From Octopus sinensis (lineage: Eukaryota), in NCBI RefSeq assembly GCF_006345805.1, contig NW_021824109.1:1-20082 (forward strand): 20,082 nt of DNA, read 5' to 3'. The position numbers and the translations under genes are program-made. The notes under the pieces were generated by a model. That model saw only the letters and a list, made by a program, of their open reading frames with translations, was not told where the DNA came from and did not search any database. Within the stretch, counting starts at the first letter, position 1. Each line of letters starts with the position of its first letter. This document shows positions 1-9,524 of the stretch, piece by piece.

Positions 1-7
1 GGTATGT

Positions 8-232
8 GCGAACTGGCAGAAGCGTTAGCACGCCGGGCGAAATGCTTTGCTGTATTTCGTCTGCCGTTACGTTGTGAGTTCAAATTCCGCCGAGGTCGAA
101 TTTGCCTTTCATCCTTTCGGGGTCGATAAATTAAGCACCAGTTACGCACTGGGGTCGATGTAATCGACTTAATACCTATGTCTGTCCTTGTTTGTCCCCT
201 CTATGTTTAGCCCCTTGTGGGTAATAAAGAAA
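8..232 (+). mobile_element. tRNA-derived SINE, family A (Meta-domain-like centre)
   Basis: A-box-like TGGCAGAAGCG, B-box-like GAGTTCAAATTCC, and central GAGGTCGA.TTTGCCTTTCATCCTTTCGGGGTCGATAAA. The same body recurs at 14908, 15135, 16188, 19425 and, decayed, at 6775. Confidence 0.85.
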
Positions 233-240
233 TGGGTAGG

Positions 241-341
241 TATGTGTGTGTGTGAGTTTATGTATGCATGTATGTATGCATGTATGTATGCATGTATGTA
301 TGTATGTATGTAGGTAGGTAGGTAGGTAGGTGGGTAGGGGG

Positions 342-400
<59 letters not shown>
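241..400. repeat. Compound microsatellite (TG)n-(TATG)n-(TAGG)n-(TA)n
   Basis: Read directly from the sequence. Confidence 0.95.
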
Positions 401-401
<1 letters not shown>

Positions 402-931
402 ATATGAGGGGTTTAGTTCACTTGTGATCTAAACGAATAGGTACGCTAAGTGCTATAGTTGGTCGTCCATTAGGTTCCAAGTTCACAGCTGAGGCTGGAT
501 CTAGGGATCCGTATTAGGCTTCCGTTATAGCAGGTCTATGTTATATTAAAGGAAAAGGCAGAACGAGGATCTCAAGTCATTTACAATAATTTAATTAGGG
601 TAAGGTGCATTTCAAGTCTTTACAGCCATTTCTGGGATAACCCAAGTGGCAGGTTAGCATGTCCACGCACTGGGTATTCCGTCATCAGAAACAAGGTATG
701 ACTATTTTAGACAGGGAAAATTTACAGTTTACAAGGAAGAAAATAGATTTTATTCCTTGACGGTACACCCAGTGCGTGGACATGCTAATCTGCCGCTTGC
801 ATTATCTCACAAATGGGTATAAGATTTACCTTACCCTAATTAAATTATTCTAAATGACTTGAGATACTTGTTCTGCCTTGGTTTTGTTTTGTCCTATCTG
901 TCGTCTGTCTCACTTTCTCTCTCTCTCATCA
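401..931. mobile_element. (TA)n-flanked fold-back element (arms 555-684 and 758-879); probable Penelope-like inverted pseudo-LTR pair
   Basis: GGCAGAACGAGGATCTCAAGTCATTTACAATAATTTAATTAGGGTAAGGT (557-606) matches the reverse complement of 828-877 with 3 mismatches, and 646-684 matches 758-796. The left arm holds an HHR, and (TA)n flanks both sides. The PLE assignment is an inference. Confidence 0.65.
618..691 (-). ncRNA. Type I hammerhead ribozyme motif (long stem II, slightly degenerate)
   Basis: Minus strand reads ttt-CTGATGA-c-GGAATACCCAGTG...CACTTGGGTTATCCC-a-GAAAT-GGCT-GTA-aag. Predicted GUA cleavage lies between 621 and 620. Stem I is only 3 bp. Confidence 0.6.
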
Positions 932-959
932 TTATATATATTATATATTATATATTATA

Positions 960-994
<35 letters not shown>

Positions 995-1450
995 ACCGTT
1001 ATAGTTAATACCTAACTGGACTCGGACTCATATTTTTTTCTCGTAAGGATAAATATGAATCTCCTAGATTCTATTCTGCTATTTCATTTCTCAAGACCTT
1101 TGTAAAAATTTTGTTGATACCTCTTGCACTGAAGAGTACAGTGATATATCAGTCATTTAATTAATTTTATCAATTCAATTCAACCATGAATTTGCATGAT
1201 TTTTATATCTCTGTATGAAACGATCGTCTGCATGAATTAAATTTCTCTTATATATTTTAACATCTTCTCTTCTCCATTTTTAACAAAATTGTTGAGTTTT
1301 GTGGAATTTCTTTCCATAAATTCACAACACGTCATATACAAGTATTATTTTCAAATTCGCAAATTGACGCCTGTAAACTACCAGGAAAATATGAAGAACC
1401 AATATTAGAAATATCTTTTGGAAACCTCCAAATTGAAGGACGAATCTAAT
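995..1450 (+). mobile_element. Probable Penelope-like pLTR fragment carrying an HHR, abutting (TA)n
   Basis: Non-repetitive AT-rich block starting at the (TA)n tract 932-994 and containing a canonical HHR. Boundaries are approximate. Confidence 0.45.
1125..1232 (+). ncRNA. Type I hammerhead ribozyme motif with intact canonical core
   Basis: TGCA-CTGAAGA(1129-1135)-GTACAG...CTGTAT-GAAAC(1217-1221)-GATC-GTC-TGCA. It has a 4-bp stem I, a stem II with a long insertion, palindromic stem III ACGATCGT, and predicted GUC cleavage after 1228. Confidence 0.8.
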
Positions 1451-1463
1451 TCAACCTTATTAC

Positions 1464-1497
<34 letters not shown>

Positions 1498-1604
1498 ATG
1501 TGTGTGTGTGCGTGTGTGTGCGTGTGTGTGTATGCATATACATACATATATATGTATATATGTATATTATATATGCACACACACACACACATATATATAT
1601 ACAA

Positions 1605-1687
<83 letters not shown>

Positions 1688-1690
1688 CTC
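1464..1690. repeat. Compound microsatellite (TG)n, (TA)n, (CA)n, (GATA)n
   Basis: Read directly from the sequence. Confidence 0.95.
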
Positions 1691-1947
1691 TCATACACAG
1701 ACATACGTATTTATATATAATTGTAGATGCCAACCGTAATTGTAGGTTTTTGAATACAGTTTTGTACTATACATACCGCGTAGCCAATTTTGAAAACAAT
1801 ATTTCACTGTTCATAGTGAGATGTCGTTGTTCTTGTTGTTTTGAAAAGCGGTACAACGAAACTCGGAGTAAACAACTATTGAAAACCCAGTTCATCTACT
1901 GTTGTTATTATTTGTATTTAACATCCTTTATTCGATTTAACACGATA

Positions 1948-2288
1948 AACACACACACACACACACATACATAAATACATACATACATACATACATACAC
2001 ACATACACACATACATACATACATACATACTACATAATACATACATACATACATACATACACACATACATACATACATACATACATACATACATACACAC
2101 ACACATACATACACACACACAATACATACAACATACATACATACATACATACATACACACACACATACATACATAAATACATACATACATACATACATAC
2201 ACACACACTCACATACATACATACATACATACATACATACATACATACATACATACAAAATACATACATACATACATACATACATACA

Positions 2289-2322
<34 letters not shown>

Positions 2323-2335
2323 CATTCAGGCATAT
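1948..2335. repeat. (CATA)n/(CA)n microsatellite array
   Basis: Read directly from the sequence; source of the MYVC-repeat pseudo-ORFs. Confidence 0.95.
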
Positions 2336-2724
2336 ATACACGTGACTATCTGTACTTATGACTATATGTGTATATTCCTGATAAGCGGACACTAAAATGG
2401 TCATTGTGGAAATAAGACCATTTTAGAGTAAATAAACAATTAAATAAATAAATAAATAAGTATGTTAATGGATAAACAGATTGCAGAAGAAGGACTGAAT
2501 TGTAGCGACATTGATATATTTCCTTCCTAATCATTCGTATTTTCACTTATATACAATTATACACACACACACACACATATATATATATAACACACAAACA
2601 TATATATATACACGTAATAAAATAAATATAAGAGAGTGGTCACTATATTGCTCACTCTAGCACCAGTTAATCCAAAAGGTTTCAACCACGAAAATACATG
2701 TTTCCCATGAAAGCCAGTATACGT

Positions 2725-2889
2725 ATAAACATGCATACATACATATATATATGCATATGCATACATGCATGTATACATACATATATGCATGCATACACGC
2801 ATATACATATATATGAATATTCACAAACACACACAAACACACTCACGCCCACTCACACTTGCACACACTCATACATACGCGCATATATG

Positions 2890-2920
<31 letters not shown>

Positions 2921-2966
2921 ATATATATATATATACACACACACACATATATATAATATATATATA

Positions 2967-3001
<35 letters not shown>

Positions 3002-3283
3002 GTGTGTCTGTATGTATGTTATGTATGTATGTATGTATGTACGTATGTATGTATGTATGTATGCATGTGTGTATGTATATAATACACGCGTTTAGAACTG
3101 CAGATTCAAGGAGTGGTTTATATGTGCGTGCGAGTGTGTGCGCGCGAGTGTGTGTGTGTGTGTGTACGTGTGTGTGTGTGTGTGCGTGTGTGAATGTGTG
3201 CGTGTGTGTTTGTGTGCGTGTGTGTGTATGGTGTGTGCGTGTGTGTGTGTGCATGTGTGTGTGTGTGTTTGTGTTTGTCTGTC

Positions 3284-3321
<38 letters not shown>

Positions 3322-3420
3322 TGCATGTGTGTTTGTGTTTGTCTGTGTGTGCGTGTGTGTGTGTGCGTGTGTGTGCGTGTGTGTGTGTGTGTGTGCGTGT
3401 GTGTGGTGTGTGTGTGTGTG
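2725..3420. repeat. Long compound (CATA)n/(TA)n/(TG)n/(TGCG)n microsatellite region
   Basis: Read directly from the sequence. Confidence 0.95.
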
Positions 3421-3607
3421 GTACGAAGTTTCCTTCCCAGACACATAGTTCCGGTTGCCAAATGAAATATGACGTCCCTACCAGCAATAAATACACATGT
3501 CTGAAGAGTTAACATAATGATATAAACTGAGAATGTTAAGAGAGCCACCTCAGGCCTCTACAATCTCATGAGAGTTCATCTGACCATTAATTTACAAGAA
3601 TCAGATT

Positions 3608-3751
3608 GGCGCAAGCGTGGCTGTGTGGTACGAAGCTTGCTTCCCAGCCACGTGTTTCAGGATTCAGTCCCACTGCGTGGGCAGTGCCGACCAAAGCATT
3701 GTGAGTGGATTTAGTGGACGGAAACTGAAAAAGCACATCGTGTATATATAT

Positions 3752-3787
<36 letters not shown>

Positions 3788-4212
3788 ACGGAAGCTTTAT
3801 GAAAAGACAAAAAGACGAAGGCAGGTTTACGGAAATAAAAAAAGACGAAGACAGGTGGAATACAAACAAACAATTGTATTAGTATGGCGCTCAGGAAATA
3901 TAATAAAACAAGTCTTTAGCGTTTCGAGCCTACGCTCTTCAACAGAAAGATACACAGAGAAGAAACACAGAAAGAAGGAGAGAAAAAAGAAGGATATATA
4001 TATATGTTTGTGTGTCTGTGTTTGTTCATCAACATCACTTGACAACGGATGTTGGTGCGCTTACATCCCCGTAATTAGCGGTTCGGCAAAAGAGACCGAT
4101 AGAATAAGTACTAGGCTTACAAAGAATAATCCTGAGGTCGATTTCTTCGACTAAAGGCGGTGCTCCAGCATGGCGGCAGTCAAATAACTGAAACATGTAA
4201 AAGTATAAAAGA
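3608..4212 (+). mobile_element. SINE family B (CORE-like composite), split by an insertion in its internal (TA)n tract
   Basis: The 5' part 3608-3743 (GTGGTACGAAGCTTGCTTCCCAGCCAC...GACGGAAACTGAAA, central deletion) and 3' part ~4005-4212 (CTTGACAAC...GCGGTTCGGCAAAAGAGACCGATAGAATAAGTAC...CTGAAACATGTAAAAG) match the contiguous copy at 16579-16967. A short head fragment is also present at ~3418-3460. Confidence 0.8.
3788..3993 (-). mobile_element. (TA)n-flanked repeat with a hammerhead-like variant motif (probable PLE pLTR fragment)
   Basis: Shares AAGTCTTT..CGTTTCGAGCCTACGCTCTTCAA and upstream sequence with 5752-5870. The minus strand reads TCTTT-CTGTTGAA-GAGC-GTAG-GCTC-GAAAC-GCT-AAAGA. Confidence 0.55.
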
Positions 4213-4213
4213 A

Positions 4214-4298
<85 letters not shown>

Positions 4299-4557
4299 AT
4301 TTCAACAATGAGGGTAAAATTAATTAATTATTAATCAATTTCACCAAGTATTCAGTATGTAAAGGGACCATTTAAGGCGAATTCAAATTATTACATTATA
4401 TAAAAGGGCTTAGTAAAATAAATTACTTTGCCACATACTGAACTCATTAGAAATAGTAGCTAAAAAAACTTTTTTAAAACTATTTCTAATACTTAAAGAA
4501 AATCTCTCTCATATAGTGTTTGCTCCTCAGTGTTTTCAAATCCAAACCAAGGAGTTC

Positions 4558-4609
4558 TGAGCTGATGATAGAAATGTCGAGTTGACTAATCTTGAAACGT
4601 ACGTTCTCA
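4558..4609 (+). ncRNA. Type I hammerhead ribozyme motif
   Basis: TGAG-CTGATGA(4562-4568)-tAGAaatGTCgagttGACtaaTCTt-GAAAC(4594-4598)-GTAC-GTT-CTCA. It has a 4-bp stem I, palindromic stem III ACGTACGT and predicted GUU cleavage after 4605. Stem II is imperfect (U-U closing). Confidence 0.7.
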
Positions 4610-5116
4610 AATAACCTTTGCATTTGCTTTTTTAATGTCTTTACCCCCATACTTTCGTGAGTTGAATTGAGCAAACACTATATGAGAGAGATTTTCTTTA
4701 AGTATTAGAAATAGTTTTAAAAAAGTTTTTTTAGCTACTATTTCTAATGAGTTCAGTATGTGGCAAAGTAATTTATTTTACTAAGCCCTTTTATATAATG
4801 TAATAATTTGAATTCGCCTTAAATGGTCCCTTTACATACTGAAAACTTGGTGAAATTGATTAATAATTAATTAATTTTACCCTCAATTGTTGAAATTATA
4901 ATTCATCTCTCTCTATTAATGCTTCGGATTTTACCGAAAAAGCATAGTGTTTGCTGATTTTAACCCACGCTGGTGGAAAGGGGAGAGCAGAAATTCTTCG
5001 CCTGCATATTTTGGGTTTGCTGGCACTGTTAGTTTCGAGCAGATCTTCAGAAGCGATAAGAAGCCGAAAGGGTATGCTCCCACTTTCAGTGTTTTCAAAT
5101 CCAAACCAAGGAGTTC

Positions 5117-5166
5117 TGAGCTGATGATAGAAATGTCGAGTGACTAATCTTGAAACGTACGTTTCA
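5117..5166 (+). ncRNA. Type I hammerhead ribozyme motif, tandem copy
   Basis: Same as 4558-4609 but with single-base deletions in loop II and 3' of the GUU site, which weakens or shifts stem I. Confidence 0.55.
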
Positions 5167-5355
5167 AATAGCCTTTGCATTTGATTTTTTAATGTCTTTA
5201 CCCCCATACTTTCGTGAGTTGAATTGAGCAAACACTATATGAGAGAGATTTTCTTTAAGTATTAGAAATAGTTTTAAAAAAGTTTTTTTAGCTACTATTT
5301 CTAATGAGTTCAGTATGTGGCAAAGTAATTTATTTAACTAAGCCCTTTTAATATA

Positions 5356-5389
<34 letters not shown>

Positions 5390-5751
5390 CTCAGATATAT
5401 ACATACGTTTATATATACATATATACACATACATACACACACACGTATAATACATACATATGTGTGTGTGGGGGGTGGGGTGTAGCAACGTTTATTCATG
5501 TGAACAACAGGGTAGTCACGCATGGTGCAGATTGTGTCAGGGTAAATGGGGAAATATAGCGTGAATGGGGAAAATGCATCTACATTTTCATTATAGCAAA
5601 CAAATATTCAACTTCGTTAATCTCAAAATTCAAAACACTATAAGACTCAATGAAATTCCAGCGATGATAATGCTTCATATTACAGAGAATAAATACACAC
5701 TAGGTTTACATAATTCGACATTGTAGAATGCTACCCATACACACACACACA

Positions 5752-5870
5752 GTTGAAATTTACAGAAAAACAAATGATGAAGACAGATGTAAGAACAACA
5801 AACTGGTGTAGTAATTTGACGCTCGGGAAAGTGAAAAAGTCTTTTACGTTTCGAGCCTACGCTCTTCAAG
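5752..5870 (-). mobile_element. Second copy of the 3788-3993 family, truncated inside the hammerhead-like motif
   Basis: GACGCTCGGGAAA...AAGTCTTTTACGTTTCGAGCCTACGCTCTTCAA. The minus strand reads TTGAA-GAGC-GTAG-GCTC-GAAAC-GTA-AAAGA. Confidence 0.55.
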
Positions 5871-6120
5871 TCTTTTATGTTTTGAATATTAGATATTTAC
5901 TAAAGCGTGTTAATCGAATTATAAATAAAAGTACGGATTATGCTCAAATTCTTCGCTGAATCGGCTCTCAAATACTTTTGTGTCAATCTATTGCCAATAT
6001 AAGCTACACTTATTTACATCGTCATTATTTACACTGGATTGGTACTGGAGTAATTAGTGTCACTCTAATCATTATCAAAACCTACACTGTATTGGTGCTA
6101 GAATAATTCGTGTCGGCCTG

Positions 6121-6207
6121 TTATCATCATCATCATCATCATTATCATCATCATCACCATCATCATCATCATCGTCATCATTATCATCATCGTCGTCATC
6201 ATCGCTG

Positions 6208-6239
<32 letters not shown>

Positions 6240-6333
6240 AGCATCACTATCTCTACCACTGCCATCATCAGCATCGTCGTCGGCGTAGGTGGTGGTGGTG
6301 GTCGTCGTCATCATCATCGTCGTCGTCATCATC
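6121..6333. repeat. Compound trinucleotide microsatellite (CAT)n/(CAG)n/(CGT)n/(GGT)n
   Basis: Read directly from the sequence. Confidence 0.95.
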
Positions 6334-6774
6334 TTGAGCTACACTCGACTGACACTAGTCCTTTATCGTTCCGTTAAACAAATGTGCTTATGCCTGAAAC
6401 AGTTTTGTTTACATTTTAATAAGTAGGCTTCCTTCTTTATTCTATATTGGTATTAAGGAGGAAAAGGTAAGCGACTTTTGAAGAATTGTAAAAATAAAAA
6501 AGACTGCAAAACAGATAAGTTTGACCCTCATCCCAAGCTGCCGAAATGATCCTCATGGGCCTAATTTCGCAGTGGGATTAAGTACTTACGAATAGGGCTA
6601 CATATTAAATAAATAGATGCGGTGATATTATCTGAACCTCAATGAAGAATTCAAACACGCCCCGCTTCTATTAGTAACTATGAAAGGGACATTCAACACT
6701 GAAGGCCGATGACGTCACTATTAGTTTCCAATCTTAGCAGCAGAGATGAACTGATGGAATTGTTAAGGAGGTGC

Positions 6775-6950
6775 ACTAAGTAAAATGTGCGGCAGTATTT
6801 AAATACCACCCTTTATGTTCTGCGTTCAAATCCCACCAATGTCTTATACGGCCTTTCATCTAGTGAGCTCAATAAAATATCCGTAATATACTGGTGTAGA
6901 GGTTAATCAATTTTACCTCTTTCATTACAAATCGATACTGGGTCTTGAAA
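6775..6950 (+). mobile_element. Old, decayed SINE family A copy
   Basis: TTTATGTTCTGCGTTCAAATCCCACC...GGCCTTTCATC...AATAAAAT aligns loosely with family A. Confidence 0.5.
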
Positions 6951-7356
6951 CAGTGATTTGTTAGAAACGCTTTAATGGGCGGAGTAAATAATTGAGGCTA
7001 AAACCAATCAATATCTCTGTATTCAAATACCATGGGATTGCATTTGGTGTTTGGTTCTTAATAATCGATAATTGTGATAAATAGGTATCAACTAGGATCG
7101 ATACCTGGTGGTGTGTCAACAGAGAGACAGGGAACACTGAACAAGAAATTGACATATCTTCATTTGCACAGATTAATAATTAAATAAATATTTTGTATTC
7201 TTCGGTGTTTAACACGAACGAAGAGACAGACAGAGAAAGAGAGATTGTGTGAGAGGAGAGAGATGTAAACGTTGGTCGATATTTAGATAGATAGACAAAC
7301 AGACAGGTAGATATAGACACACAGACAGATAGATATATAGATAGATAGATAGATAA

Positions 7357-7641
7357 GTTTTTTTATTGGCCACACAGGGCTGCACACAGATGGGACAAGT
7401 TACAAGGTAGAGCTTTTCTGTTGGGGGATGAAAAAAACAAAAAACAAAAGAAACAAAAAAAAGGGGTGGCGTAGGTTTTCGATCAAGAGGGATCGTAAAA
7501 AGGAAGAAAAGAACAAAAAAAAAATTTATAAAATAAAAAATAAAAAATAAAAATAAAAAAAAGAAAACGAAAAGGAACAAAAGAAAAGAGAAATGAAAAA
7601 AGAAGAAAAAAGGGAAAAAAAAGGGGAAGAGGAAAAAAAAA
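7357..7641 (-). mobile_element. Tx1/L1-like LINE extreme 3' end (copy 1) bounded by (GATA)n
   Basis: Homologous to 7907-8050 (GGCCACACAGGGCTGCA, GTAGAGCTTTT, GTAGGTTTTCGATCAA.AGGGATCGTAAAA). The minus-strand tail AATAAAAAAAAC abuts (TATC)n. Confidence 0.6.
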
Positions 7642-7652
7642 GACAAACAGAC

Positions 7653-7730
<78 letters not shown>

Positions 7731-7820
7731 GTAGGTAGGTAGGTAGGTAGGTAGATAGGTAGGTAGGTAGGTAGGGAGAGAGGGATGGAGAGAGGGAGGG
7801 AAGTAGACAGACAGACAGAC

Positions 7821-7891
<71 letters not shown>

Positions 7892-7906
7892 AAGATAGAT
7901 AGATAT
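7642..7906. repeat. (GATA)n/(GGTA)n/(GACA)n microsatellite
   Basis: Read directly from the sequence. Further (GATA)n tracts lie at ~7285-7355 and 8356-8395. Confidence 0.95.
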
Positions 7907-8355
7907 GTTTCTTTATTAGCCACACAAGGCTGCATACAAAGTAGAGCTTTTCTTTTTAGGGAAAAAAAAAGGTGGGGTAGGTTTTCGATCAAAAGGGATC
8001 GTAAAAGGGAAAGAAGAACAAAAAAGAAGGAAAAAAAACAAAAGAAAAGAAAACAGAAAAAAGAAGAAAAAAACGATCATTAGGGATCATGTATCACAGT
8101 GTCATGATGTAAGGTGTAAAGGGAGAAGCAGATAGGGTTTATCCGTGGGAAGAAAAGCCTACGGAAAAGACCGTAGTAACCTCGGTCAATATTGTTACAT
8201 GTTACCTCATTTGTTTGCAAGTGGGTAACCCTCTGTTTTAAATTTCCGGGTTCATAGGATTATGCCATCCTTGCTACATTCACCCATTTTTTTAAAAAAA
8301 CATTCGCTAGACAAAGCTTGCCTTCTACTCTCACTTTCCTTTTCAAGTGATACTT
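7907..8355 (-). mobile_element. Tx1/L1-like LINE 3' end (copy 2) with a decayed ORF2 C-terminus
   Basis: With two 1-nt frameshifts the minus strand reads KYHLKRKVRVE-RQALSSECFFKK-WVNVARMA, resembling the C-terminal F..RW motif of Tx1/L1-clade ORF2. A T-rich 3'UTR and poly-A-like tail follow. Family assignment is by recall. Confidence 0.6.
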
Positions 8356-8761
8356 GATAGATAGATAGATAGATATATAGATAGATAGATAGATTTACTG
8401 ATAAACTAACAGAGAGTATCGTGACAGATGTATGTATAGACACCTACGTGCTCACACACATACACACACAATCTCACAAAGAGAGAGTGGAAAAGCGGTT
8501 CAATAGAACAAAAACAAAGTCTAAGAATCGATTCTGCCACACCACGCCCACATAAATACACATTCAATTACAACCACGCGCCCGCACACACAAACGTGTA
8601 TGCATGAATGTGTGTGTTTTGTGTGTGTGTGTATGTGTATGTATATGTGTGTGCATTCGATCTTTTTTTAATATGCATGGAGAGGAGTATATATGTATAT
8701 CCATAAGTCTATGTGGATTTATATGTATATGTGTTTGTGTGTGTGTATGCATATATATGAA

Positions 8762-9142
8762 AGCACTCCGTCGGTTACGACGACGAGGGTTCCGGTTGAT
8801 CCGATCAACGGAACAGCCTGCTCATGAAATTATGAAATTATGAAATCATAAGCACTCCACAGACACGTGTACCCTTAACGTAGTTCTCGGGTTATTCAGC
8901 GTGACACAGAGAGTGACAAGGCCGGCCCTTTGAAATACAGGTACAACAGAAACAGGAAGTAAGAGTGAGAGAAAGTTGTGGTGAAAGAGTACAGCAGGGA
9001 TCACCACCATCCCTGCCGGAGCATCGTGGAGCTTTAGGTGTTTTCGCTCAATAAACACTCACAACGCCCGGTCTGGGAATCGAAACCGCGATCCTACGAC
9101 TGCGAGTCCGCTGCCCTAACCACTGGGCCATTGCGCCTCCAC
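8762..9142 (-). mobile_element. tRNA-derived SINE, family D
   Basis: Minus-strand head GTGGAGGCGCAATGGCCCAGTGGTTAGGGCAGCGGACTCG...GGTTTCGATTCCCAGACC carries A and B boxes. A full-length paralogue lies at 12884-13265. Confidence 0.88.
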
Positions 9143-9344
9143 TTGCATATATATATATACAACAGGCACAACTGAAGAAGGGGAATATTCTTATATTCTT
9201 TATGTTGTATGTCTCGTTTCTCTGTTTACTTTTTCTGTTGTTCAAAAAAAGTTCGTTTCCATGTTTTCGTTTTTATGTTTGCGTTTCTCATTGTGTTCAA
9301 CGTTTTTTTTTGTTGTTTTTTGATGTCCTGTACCCATATATGCA

Positions 9345-9406
9345 TGTATATATACATATATATGTAGGTATGTACATATATGTATATATACATACATACA
9401 TACATA

Positions 9407-9491
<85 letters not shown>

Positions 9492-9510
9492 CATGTACAT
9501 ACATACATAC
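9345..9510. repeat. (TA)n/(CATA)n microsatellite
   Basis: Read directly from the sequence. Confidence 0.95.
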
Positions 9511-9524
9511 TATGCCTTTCTTTT

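Larger units (their letters stand above)
4296..5350 (+). mobile_element. Penelope-like composite: ~230-bp inverted arms (4296-4525 and 4669-4899) plus a ~265-bp direct repeat (4527-4793 and 5086-5350), embedded in (TA)n
   Basis: The arms are reverse-complementary with about one substitution and one indel. The direct copies are nearly identical and each contains an HHR. Inverted plus tandem pLTR architecture is characteristic of PLE insertions. Confidence 0.75.

Noticed and set aside
2392-2426. Perfect 11-bp hairpin CTAAAATGGTC/GACCATTTTAG
   Set aside because: It is isolated, with no ribozyme core or repeat context; a bacterial-style terminator is irrelevant in this eukaryotic DNA.
3496-3545. 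CTGAAGA followed by an inverted repeat TTAACAT/ATGTTAA
   Set aside because: No GAAA, stem III or NUH follows, so it is not a hammerhead.
1418-3548. Many long ORFs rich in CV/YI/HT/MYVC repeats (also 7209-7992, 9202-9795, 17887-18624)
   Set aside because: They are translations of dinucleotide and tetranucleotide microsatellites that simply lack stop codons.
5025-5055. Minus-strand CTGAAGA-TCTGCTC-GAAAC
   Set aside because: Stem II cannot pair, and there is no NUH triplet or stem I.
4896-5231. 111-aa minus-strand and 66-aa plus-strand ORFs inside the PLE-like composite
   Set aside because: No convincing RT or GIY-YIG motif; the resemblance of KSEALIERD to endonuclease C-termini is too short to support.
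6075-6337. Poly-His/Gln and poly-Asp ORFs
   Set aside because: They are fully explained by (CAT)n/(CAG)n/(CGT)n repeats, with no flanking coding context or clear splice sites.
6712-6719. TGACGTCA CRE palindrome (also at 11622 inside the LINE)
   Set aside because: An 8-mer with no promoter context; the second copy is within TE coding sequence.
9060-9142. tRNA-like sequence with A and B boxes (also 13180-13265 and the SINE A heads)
   Set aside because: These are heads of repeated SINEs with no complete cloverleaf, so they are not called as tRNA genes.
9172-9200. CTGAAGAAGGGGAATATTC at the start of a T-rich module
   Set aside because: Only the 5' half of a core is present, with no downstream GAAAC/NUH; at most a truncated remnant.
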